From: Aquiluna sp.
GTDB taxonomy: Bacteria > Actinomycetota > Actinomycetes > Actinomycetales > Microbacteriaceae
Length of the DNA: 45,993 bases
Direction: 5' to 3'
Assembly: GCA_036554355.1 (NCBI GenBank)
Contig: DATBNK010000066.1
Coordinates: 1 to 45,993, forward strand
This document shows, one piece after another, positions 10,266 to 18,426 of the stretch. The stretch's first letter is position 1. Each line of letters opens with the position of its first letter. A program made the translations under genes and the position numbers. Below the pieces are notes generated by a model. That model worked only from the letters and a program-made list of their open reading frames with translations. It was not told the origin of the DNA and did not search any database.

Positions 10266-10283
10266 TAACGCCCTCGGCGAACA
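10266..10283. promoter_or_regulatory. ClgR-type operator (CGC-N5-GCG)
   Basis: AACGCCCTCGGCGAAC, i.e. GTTCGC-N5-GCG on the minus strand, between two divergent protease genes. Confidence 0.6.
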
Positions 10284-10358
10284 TGTGAAAACCCTGAGTG
10301 GTAGCTACTGGTGATGAAGGTTCTCTCAAGGTAGCGTCTTGGGTGAAGGGATAGCCAC

Positions 10359-11630
10359 GTGGACGAAAATCAAGGAAAAGACGATTTAGAAAAACTTCTT
10401 CGCCAGCTGCTCGGTGATGCCGGCACCGAAGAAGAGATCGCCCGCATCGCAGGCCTATGGCAAAATCCCGCAGGTCTCTCCCAGATTTTCTCTAACGCCG
10501 GGGCTATGTTCTCTACAACCGACGAGCCGGTGAATTGGAAGCTCGCATCTGACCAGGCGCAGACCCTCGCCAAGAAGAGTCAACACAGCGCCGAGGTTGT
10601 CGCACGCGAGCTGGAACCGGCATTCGAAATGGCAAAGCTGTGGCTGAGTGAAGCGACCGAGTTCTCAACCTCCGCGGAGCTAAAAATTCTCTCGAGGCAA
10701 GCCTGGGTCCAAGATGCAATGAACCTCTATAAACAACTGTCCGAGCCCGTAGCGATCAGCATGTCAAAAGCGTTGAGCGAGAACATGGACAAGCTAATGC
10801 CCGAGGAGCTCAGTCAGATGCTTGGGCCCGCCAAGAGCTTTATCTCAAATGCTGGTGCCTCGATCTTTGCGATGCAGCTGGGGCAAGCCGTTGGAAAGCT
10901 ATCTGAGCAAACCCTCACCGGCTCCGAGATTGGAATCCCAATCAGCGCAAGGCCCTCCCTAATTGCACAAAACATCGAGCAGCTAATTCAAGATATCCCA
11001 ACTCCGAAATCAGAGGTTCTCATCTACCTCTCAACCCGTGAGTTGGCCCTGGCCTCGCTATACAACTCCAACAAGTGGCTAAGTGATCAAATCGTCACTC
11101 AAGTCAGAGAGTTTGCTGCCGGACTGGAGGTTGATGTCACTGAGATTCAAAACCTGGCAGAGTCACTAGATCCCACTGACCAGGATGCAATGAATCAGAT
11201 TTTGCAGGCGGGTAGCCTGATAACTCAGCGCACCGATGAGCAGGAAGCCGCGCTGGCAAGAATTGAACTGATGCTCGCCCTGATTGAGGGTTGGGCCGAT
11301 CACGTCACCGAACTGGCATGCAAGCGTCTACCTTCGCTGGCATCGATCACCGAACTTTTCAACAGGCACCGAGCAACATCCGGCGCTCTCGAGAAAACCT
11401 TTGAAACCCTGCTTGGGTTACAGCTCGAACCAAAACTCCGGCGCGAAGCAAAGGCGATGTGGGCAACAGTCGAGAATCAACTCGGTACCACCATGCGAGA
11501 CACGCTTTGGTCGCACCCGGATCAGCTCCCCGCAGAGTCCGAGGTTAGAAACCCTGCAGAGCTAATAACCAGGCTTGGATCTAATGGCGATGACCTAGAT
11601 GATCAGCTTCGCAAACTCCTCGGGAATTAG
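10359..11630 (+). CDS. Zinc-dependent metalloprotease-like protein (DUF2342/Zincin_2, Rv3195-like)
   Basis: PVNW, QLGQAVG, LALIEGWADHV, FETLLGLQLEP, RDTLWSHPDQLP; conserved divergent position to the PDZ-Lon gene. Confidence 0.85.
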   Translation: MDENQGKDDLEKLLRQLLGDAGTEEEIARIAGLWQNPAGLSQIFSNAGAMFSTTDEPVNWKLASDQAQTLAKKSQHSAEVVARELEPAFEMAKLWLSEATEFSTSAELKILSRQAWVQDAMNLYKQLSEPVAISMSKALSENMDKLMPEELSQMLGPAKSFISNAGASIFAMQLGQAVGKLSEQTLTGSEIGIPISARPSLIAQNIEQLIQDIPTPKSEVLIYLSTRELALASLYNSNKWLSDQIVTQVREFAAGLEVDVTEIQNLAESLDPTDQDAMNQILQAGSLITQRTDEQEAALARIELMLALIEGWADHVTELACKRLPSLASITELFNRHRATSGALEKTFETLLGLQLEPKLRREAKAMWATVENQLGTTMRDTLWSHPDQLPAESEVRNPAELITRLGSNGDDLDDQLRKLLGN

Positions 11631-11633
11631 GGC

Positions 11634-11681
11634 TGTGGAGAACTAAAAACTCCAAAATCAATCTCGTTCTACCTTTGAGAA
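11634..11681 (+). promoter_or_regulatory. Leaderless promoter with DnaA-box-like site (TGTGGAGAA)
   Basis: TGTGGAGAACTAAA-N22-TACCTT-N6-ATG; same geometry as 6082-6132. Confidence 0.6.
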
Positions 11682-12686
11682 ATGGTTAGACAGATAAATC
11701 CCTCACTCGCTCGACTTTGGGTCAGCGACACCTCCAGGCAGTATGGCTCGGACAACAAAATACTGCTTGAATCCCTTACTGAACCCGAACTAAGAGTGCT
11801 GGACTATCTGGAAGTGGGTGTCACAGAGAACCAGCTTCCGCACCTTCACAAAATGGCCAACGCGGATGAGCAACTAACCAAGTCCCTCCTCGAGCGATTA
11901 GCGCCGCTGATCAGCAAAACCTCCTCGTTTTTGCCACTGCTTGATAGTGCGGGTGTGCAGCGGGAGTTCAGCGAAATCATGCGGCTATACCTCTTAGAGC
12001 ACTCCGACCCGGCCGCCGCAATGAGAAAGAGGCTGGCTTCGAAGGTCTTCATTTCGAGCCTCGATAGGTCAGGCCTGGTGCTGACTCGAGGTTTGGCCGC
12101 CAGCGGCATTGGCACCGTTTTTACAGACGACCAAAAGATGGTGTTGCCCGCCGACACCTTAGAGCTTGGTTATCCCAAGCAAGAGCTGGGAAACCAGCGT
12201 GGACGGGTAGCCAAGCGCCTAATCTCCCCCACCAGTGTCGAGCTCCACTCCAGGGTGAGTGAAACCTATGCCAAGACCGATGTGGCAATCCTCTTGGGAA
12301 CCGACGTTATCCACCCCAATCGCTATGCCTCTTGGCTATCGAGAGACATCCCCCACATCTCAATCGTCTTCTCAGAAAAGGCCGCAACGGTTTCTCACCT
12401 CGTGCTACCAGGAATCACTCCCTGTTTGGCATGCCTCGAGATAAAGCGTCTGGAAGCAGATGCCAACTGGGCGACTACTGCTCCGCAGTTGGCTCAGCTT
12501 GATCGAGATCTGGCCGATAGTTCCATGATGCTCTTTGCCGCATCCATTGCGCTTAACCTGAGCCTGAATTTGATAGATGGCTTTAATCCCGCTTCGGTTC
12601 CCGTGGCATCTGAATTACTTAGGAGCGGTGAGCTCAAACAGCTTGAGATTCCAGATACTAACTGTGGCTGTCGGCTAAAACAATAA
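11682..12686 (+). CDS. ThiF/E1-like (Rv3196-like) protein with degenerate nucleotide-binding loop
   Basis: LAASGIG, LVLPGITPCLAC, C-terminal NCGC; GxGxxG loop replaced by SSLDRSG. Confidence 0.75.
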   Translation: MVRQINPSLARLWVSDTSRQYGSDNKILLESLTEPELRVLDYLEVGVTENQLPHLHKMANADEQLTKSLLERLAPLISKTSSFLPLLDSAGVQREFSEIMRLYLLEHSDPAAAMRKRLASKVFISSLDRSGLVLTRGLAASGIGTVFTDDQKMVLPADTLELGYPKQELGNQRGRVAKRLISPTSVELHSRVSETYAKTDVAILLGTDVIHPNRYASWLSRDIPHISIVFSEKAATVSHLVLPGITPCLACLEIKRLEADANWATTAPQLAQLDRDLADSSMMLFAASIALNLSLNLIDGFNPASVPVASELLRSGELKQLEIPDTNCGCRLKQ

Positions 12687-14286
12687 ACTCCGAAGCGCCC
12701 TTGTCCTTGGAAAACGAGACCTGCAAATTCTCTTGGGCCCTGGTGATTGCAACGTAGAACAAACGGCGCTCCTCTGCCTTTTCAGCGTCGGTCTTGGCGT
12801 AGCCGATTGGAAAAATGCCCTGGTTCACCCCAATCAGAAAAACGCTCTCCCATTCAAGTCCCTTGGTGCCATGAATGGTTGCCAGAGTTACGGCCTCGCG
12901 CTGTGGCTCATGTCCGGATCGTTCCCAGTCATCCAGTTCACGCAAATACTCATCCAGGGAGGGGTTGCCCAGTTCGTCCAGCACCTCAACAAACCAGTTC
13001 AGCGCTTCCCAGCTCTCCGATTTCTTTGCCACTGAGCTCCAGCCCAGGGCAGCAAGGATCTTCGAAACTTCAACAAAGAGCGGTTCGTCAGTTGTAACTG
13101 TCCGCAATGCTCGGATCGCGGCATGTGCTTGCATCACATCAGGCCTTCGGAAAAACCTGCCGCTGCCTCGAAGCTGAGATTCGATGCTGAGCTTTTGAAG
13201 CTCTCGCTCAATAAGCGAAAGCTGTGAATTGGTTCTTGCCAAAACAGCAATTGAGGAAAGGGGTTGCTCTTTGGCTATTTCTTGAATCTGTTTTGCAACA
13301 TCGAGACTCTCTGCTGCTGCACTCGGATATCCCTGCACCTTTGGCTTTGAGCTCAGTTGCCGAACTGCCCGCAGTGGCAAATCGGGCGAGATCTTGTTTG
13401 CGAGGGCAACTATTTCCTGGGACGAGCGATAGTTGCTATCAAGTTCCAGAATCGTTGCATCTGGAAAGCGCTGATCGAATCCGGTTAGGTAGCCACTTGT
13501 TGCGCCGGCGAAGCTGTAGATGGTCTGTCTTGGATCCCCAACCACGCACAATTCCTCACGCTCTCCAAGCCAGGTCTCCAAAAGCGCCTGCTGCAAAGGT
13601 GAAATGTCCTGGTACTCATCGACAGTGAAATAACGGTATTGCTGCTGGACATGAGAGAGCATTCTGGATTCATTGCGCAATAGACCACTGGTGAGCAAGA
13701 TGGCATCCTCCCAATCCACCACCCGCCTTTGCTGCTTGAGAGCCTCGTAGCCTCGGAAAAACTCAATGAAGCGGCTTGGGTTCAAAGCCAGCTTTTCTCT
13801 CTCCAACTTTTCATAATCGGCGATGTCCAACATCGAATAGCGCAGGTATTCAATCTCAGACTGCAAGCTAAACCGCTCGGTATCGGAGACTCGAATTCCC
13901 ATCTGGGACAACACCTCTAAGACCAGGGCTGACTTTTGAGTCACCAGCTTTGGAGCCATGGAGTCGGTTAGCTGCGGCCAAAAGAATTGCAATTGAGCCA
14001 GTGCGGCGGCGTGGAAAGTTCGGACCTGAACTCCAGGCGCTCCAAGCTGACGAAGTCTTGAGCGCAGCTCTGCCGCAGCTCGATTGGTGTAGGTGAGTGC
14101 AAGCACCTTGTTCTCGGCGTATTCTCCAGTTGCGATTCCGTAGGCGATTCGATGTGAGATTGTTCTGGTCTTGCCACTGCCAGCCCCGGCGATAATCGCT
14201 AGCGGCCCTTTCAGGTTCGTCACCGCAGCCTGCTGAGCCTCGTCCAACTGAGCGAGGATCTCGCTGGGATTTTGCACTGAACTCAT
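12658..14286 (-). CDS. uvrD2: ATP-dependent DNA helicase UvrD2-like
   Basis: AGAGSGKT, VDEYQD, VGDPRQTIYSF, NYRS, TIHGTKGLEW, EERRLFYVAITRA. Confidence 0.88.
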   Translation of the reverse strand: MSSVQNPSEILAQLDEAQQAAVTNLKGPLAIIAGAGSGKTRTISHRIAYGIATGEYAENKVLALTYTNRAAAELRSRLRQLGAPGVQVRTFHAAALAQLQFFWPQLTDSMAPKLVTQKSALVLEVLSQMGIRVSDTERFSLQSEIEYLRYSMLDIADYEKLEREKLALNPSRFIEFFRGYEALKQQRRVVDWEDAILLTSGLLRNESRMLSHVQQQYRYFTVDEYQDISPLQQALLETWLGEREELCVVGDPRQTIYSFAGATSGYLTGFDQRFPDATILELDSNYRSSQEIVALANKISPDLPLRAVRQLSSKPKVQGYPSAAAESLDVAKQIQEIAKEQPLSSIAVLARTNSQLSLIERELQKLSIESQLRGSGRFFRRPDVMQAHAAIRALRTVTTDEPLFVEVSKILAALGWSSVAKKSESWEALNWFVEVLDELGNPSLDEYLRELDDWERSGHEPQREAVTLATIHGTKGLEWESVFLIGVNQGIFPIGYAKTDAEKAEERRLFYVAITRAQENLQVSFSKDKGASEFIVLADSHS

Positions 14287-14351
14287 TCAGAATCCTTTGG
14301 CTTGGCGTGGCGATAAGGCGGAATTGACCCCGCGCAATCTAACCTTGGCGC

Positions 14352-15401
14352 GTGGGACGACCTGCCTTGATATTAGCTGCGCTAGCAGCCGACGCTGCCC
14401 CTGGAAAAAAGTTCACAAACTACAGGGTTGACCTATCGAATAAGCAGCTGGAACAGCTGCAGCTTTGGGATGACTCCGGTGATGCTTTTGTCCTAAAGAC
14501 CCCCAGTGACTCAGCTGGAGAGCGCGAGTTGGCCCTTGAGCTAGAAGGTCTTCGAGTTGTTTCGATGGCCAAATCTGAACTGCCATTTGAGATTCCCTCT
14601 CTTTTGGGACAGACCAGGGACTTGGACGGATCAAAGGTCGTGCTTTTGACCCTGCTAGGTGGTCAAGCACCAGATCTCTCCCGCTACACCCCAGGTAAGT
14701 TTTCCCAATCGATCGCTAAAGCCCTAACTGCAATTCACTCGATCGACCCAAGCTTTGTAAAGGACGCGGGGCTCCCTGAATACCCGAGCTCAGATTTAGT
14801 GCACCAACGAGTCGCCGAGGTGGACGCAATCGCTGCAACCGGCAGAGTTTCACCCCAACTGCTATCGCGCTGGGAGAAGGCCTTGGAAGACATTGCTCTT
14901 TTCAGATTCCACCCGGTTGTCACGCACGGTGCAGTGAATCAAGATTCCCTTGTGGTTTCTGGCCAAGAGGTAATCGGAGTTGGCAACTGGGGCTCAGTCT
15001 CAATTTCTGACCCTGCGGAAGATCTGAGTTGGGTTGCTGGCGGAGCGCTCAGCACCACCTTCGAAGATGTCATGTTGCACTACCGTGCGAACCTGCCGAC
15101 TGCCGATGAGAACTTGGCTCTTAGGGCCCAGCTCTATTCGGAGCTCGAATTGGGCAACTGGCTGGTCCACTGCTTAGAGCACGAAGACCAGGCCGAGGTT
15201 GCAAAAGCAGAAGATCTTCTGAATGAACTTCGGGACCAACTAGATGCCGGCTCCCTGCCTGCACTTCGGGCAGCAAGCTTCGCTGGCCTTGCAACCACAG
15301 CCGCCGCGGTCGCAGTGACCGAAAGCGAACCCGATGTGTTTGAAGAAATGGCCGAGCCTGAACTGGTTCAGGACTCTAATTCAGATCAGGAACTTTTCTA
15401 A
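14352..15401 (+). CDS. APH/phosphotransferase-fold protein (catalytic motifs degenerate)
   Basis: LPFEIPSLLG, ALTAIHS, PVVTHGAV, GNWG..ISDPAEDL; conserved position beside adnB. Confidence 0.8.
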   Translation: MGRPALILAALAADAAPGKKFTNYRVDLSNKQLEQLQLWDDSGDAFVLKTPSDSAGERELALELEGLRVVSMAKSELPFEIPSLLGQTRDLDGSKVVLLTLLGGQAPDLSRYTPGKFSQSIAKALTAIHSIDPSFVKDAGLPEYPSSDLVHQRVAEVDAIAATGRVSPQLLSRWEKALEDIALFRFHPVVTHGAVNQDSLVVSGQEVIGVGNWGSVSISDPAEDLSWVAGGALSTTFEDVMLHYRANLPTADENLALRAQLYSELELGNWLVHCLEHEDQAEVAKAEDLLNELRDQLDAGSLPALRAASFAGLATTAAAVAVTESEPDVFEEMAEPELVQDSNSDQELF

Positions 15402-18400
15402 GTTCCAAGAGCCGCTGCTCTAATTCAGCTTCCGAAATTAGTGCTGGCCTAACCTCGTTGTTGTCACCTGCAAAATAGAAGGCCGCCTCGATCTTTTCAA
15501 CACCAACCCCGAGCGCCCTGGCCAAGCCGATTCGATAGAGGGCGAGCTGAATAGCTCTTGATTCCAACTGCTTGTCCTCTGGTGACTTACCGCTCTTCCA
15601 GTCCACTATCAAATAGCCATCTTGGGTTGCAAAAACCGCATCCAGCTTGCAGACCACAACCGTCTGCCCAAGCGAGTATTCGATTGGCATTTCAACTGCG
15701 AAGGGGGTTTGGCCAGCGAAGTTAGATTCGGCAAAGTTTTGACCCAACTCTTTTTGCTCTTCCGACCAGCCGGAGAAATCGAGTTCACTGCCCTCAATAA
15801 ATGACTGCTCGAGGCTGGCATGGAACTCAGAGCCGAGCATGGCGGCTTCGCTGTAGGGCTGAGGCATAGGCCTGACCAGCTGGTCATAAAACAAATCCGG
15901 ATCCGTTATTAGCTGAACAATCTTTGATGCCGACAGGCGCACTGGCAATTCGGGTAGCGATCTAAATGGCCCAGAAAGTTGCTCCTCCATCAGTGCCGCA
16001 AGTTCTAGCGAGCTCTCAACCTTGGCAGGCTGAGCGCTCAGTACCTTGGCAGCCGCAGCCTCCACGCGCTCTCGATTGGCACCCAGCGGGTCTACTGGCC
16101 AGGTCGCGGTTTCCACAATTGCCGAGAGCGGGTTGGTCTCGAGTGCATCGGGTATTTCGCCGACCAACTCGGCAACCCCGCTCTCGAGCATTTCGACCAG
16201 AAATTGGGAAACCGGTCTTGGGCGCTTGCTTCCAGTTTTGTAGTAGCCGGCGGTCAGAAGTAGTTCTTTAGCCGCCCTGGTAGCGGCAACATAGGCAAGC
16301 CGGCGCTCTTCTTTGAGCTGGTGTGTGCGATTTCTATCTTTGAAGTCCTTGATCGCATCATCCAGCTCCTTCTGGGTCTTAGCCGCGAGCTTGAGAGAAG
16401 GGAGCGCTAAAGAATCTTTGCGAAGTGGGAAGGGAAGCTTTCCGGCACTTAGCCAGCCCGCGGTGTCCCTCGGTCCAACCGGAAAAGAGCCTTCAACCAG
16501 TCCGGTCACCGCAACCAGGTCCCACTCCAAACCCTTAGCGGCGTGGATGGTCATGAGCTGGGCTACGCCTTTTTTGGCACCGGTTTTTGGTAGTTCAAAA
16601 CTCTCGTGTTCGAGTGCGTAATCCAACCAGGAAATCAGACCCCGCAAACTAGGCCGCTGGGTGCTCTGCTCGTAGTCGGAGATTCTTGCGATGAACGCTT
16701 GGAGATTCGCAAGCGGGTTCTTGGCCTTGGAGTATGCGTAGAGTTCGATATCGATTTCTAGCTCTGAGACCACAGCCCAGGCCATCTCGGTGAGGCTTAG
16801 TGAGTTGTGCTGTCTCATGTTGTGAAGCAGCTGGGCCGCGGACTTTAGCCTCTCCAGCGCCGTTTCTGACAGCTCCGAGTCTGTCACGGAGTCTCTCCAG
16901 CGCAACTGGTCGAGCGCCTCAACCAAGGTGATTGGAGAATCAAACCCGACCCGCTTTAGTCGCGAGAGCCGTTTTGCCCAGGCGTTTAGTTTCGCGATGT
17001 CTCGAGCTGAAATCCGGAAGCGAGGCCCAGCCAAAAGCCGCATCAGGTGGACCCCGGCCTCCGGGTCAATCATGACCCGCAAAGCTGCCACCAGATCTAT
17101 AACCTCAGGGGTCTCGGTCAACCCCGACAGTCCCGTGACCTCAAATGGCAAGCCAAGAGCGCTGAGTTCTTGCACGAATATCCCCATCGCAGATTTAGAC
17201 CTGAACAAGATAGCCGCCGAGGTCTCTGGATTGAGATGCTGATCAAGCCAGCGCGCGACCGCCTGGGCTTCAGATCTCTCGTCCTGGAATATCGCAGCCA
17301 CAACCCGGTCCTCGAAGTCTCGGCCCGGACTCAAGGTGACTGGTGAGATCTTTTCGTTCACAAGTCCGGCGCTTAGTTGATTGGCGGCGGCAACTATCGC
17401 AGCTGAGGAGCGCCAGGACTTTGATAGTGAGTAGCTGGCTCGAGCGGAAAAGTCAGTGCTGAAGTTTTCTAGGTTTGCACTACTGGCTCCGCGCCAACCA
17501 TAAATTGACTGGTTTGGGTCACCCACTGCCATCACCTCGGCCTGAGCAAACAGCTTTGCCAGAAGCATTGTCTGAATCGAGGAGGTGTCCTGATACTCAT
17601 CGAGCATGACGTGAGAGAAATCCAGCTGAATTGGATGCGTGCTGACGCCCTTGTAAGCAAGTGCGACCTGATCGGAAAAGTCGACCAGGTTTCTTTTTGC
17701 CTTGAGAAGTTGATAAGCCCCGGCTAGTTGAAACACCAACTTGTTTTGCTCGGCTTGGGCAATGTGATTGCGGGTGTAGCCAAGCAGTTCGGTCTTCCCA
17801 CTTGGCTTTTGAGGTAGTGAGGCGGCTAACTGGCTAAATTGCTCGAAGCTTGCGATTGCCTGATCCGCATCAACCAGGTTGTCGCTGAGCGATGCCGCCG
17901 CCTGCAAAATTAGTGAGATCAGGTGCGACTCGGTCTTTTCGTATTGCCCAAGTGCTTCAAAAATGTTCAGGTCAACATCACGCAATAGCTCCTTGACTAA
18001 TGCGACCGATGCCGCCTCGGTGATCAAAGTGGCATCTGACTCATAGCCAATTTGCAATGCCAGGGTGCGAAAGATGTCATTTCCAAATGAGTTGTAGGTG
18101 GCAATCTTTGGAGGCTGAAACTCATCTCCAATTTCAGCGGGCCAGTACTTTGATTCCCGAAGTGCAAAGAGTCCATTTGAGACTCTGATACCGAGTTCTG
18201 ATGCCGCCTTTCTCGTGAAGGTTAGACCCAAGATTTGCTCTGGTCGTGCGAGTTGATTGGCAACCAGGTACATCGCTCGAATCGACATCAATTCGGTCTT
18301 GCCGCTTCCGGCACCGGCCACCACCAAGGCCGATCCGTCACAGTGCTCAATGGCCTGTCGCTGCTCATCGGTGAGCTCAAATTTAGAGACCACGCTAAAG

Positions 18401-18426
18401 ATTTCCTGGGCGGAGTACTTAGCCAT
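15376..18426 (-). CDS. adnB: AdnB helicase-nuclease (UvrD-like motor + PD-(D/E)XK nuclease)
   Basis: AGAGSGKT, LDEYQD, VGDPNQSIYGWRGAS, TIHAAKGLEW; C-terminal KLDAVF..VDWKSG..QLALY. Start moved to ATG 18426 (MAKYS), overlapping the adnA end. Confidence 0.88.
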   Translation of the reverse strand: MAKYSAQEIFSVVSKFELTDEQRQAIEHCDGSALVVAGAGSGKTELMSIRAMYLVANQLARPEQILGLTFTRKAASELGIRVSNGLFALRESKYWPAEIGDEFQPPKIATYNSFGNDIFRTLALQIGYESDATLITEAASVALVKELLRDVDLNIFEALGQYEKTESHLISLILQAAASLSDNLVDADQAIASFEQFSQLAASLPQKPSGKTELLGYTRNHIAQAEQNKLVFQLAGAYQLLKAKRNLVDFSDQVALAYKGVSTHPIQLDFSHVMLDEYQDTSSIQTMLLAKLFAQAEVMAVGDPNQSIYGWRGASSANLENFSTDFSARASYSLSKSWRSSAAIVAAANQLSAGLVNEKISPVTLSPGRDFEDRVVAAIFQDERSEAQAVARWLDQHLNPETSAAILFRSKSAMGIFVQELSALGLPFEVTGLSGLTETPEVIDLVAALRVMIDPEAGVHLMRLLAGPRFRISARDIAKLNAWAKRLSRLKRVGFDSPITLVEALDQLRWRDSVTDSELSETALERLKSAAQLLHNMRQHNSLSLTEMAWAVVSELEIDIELYAYSKAKNPLANLQAFIARISDYEQSTQRPSLRGLISWLDYALEHESFELPKTGAKKGVAQLMTIHAAKGLEWDLVAVTGLVEGSFPVGPRDTAGWLSAGKLPFPLRKDSLALPSLKLAAKTQKELDDAIKDFKDRNRTHQLKEERRLAYVAATRAAKELLLTAGYYKTGSKRPRPVSQFLVEMLESGVAELVGEIPDALETNPLSAIVETATWPVDPLGANRERVEAAAAKVLSAQPAKVESSLELAALMEEQLSGPFRSLPELPVRLSASKIVQLITDPDLFYDQLVRPMPQPYSEAAMLGSEFHASLEQSFIEGSELDFSGWSEEQKELGQNFAESNFAGQTPFAVEMPIEYSLGQTVVVCKLDAVFATQDGYLIVDWKSGKSPEDKQLESRAIQLALYRIGLARALGVGVEKIEAAFYFAGDNNEVRPALISEAELEQRLLELRKVPDLN

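Noticed and set aside
11682-12686. TOMM/RiPP biosynthetic cluster
   Set aside because: No YcaO, dehydrogenase, precursor or exporter nearby; the gene sits in conserved core synteny.
14352-15401. Antibiotic resistance phosphotransferase
   Set aside because: Catalytic Asp residues are absent and the context is housekeeping.
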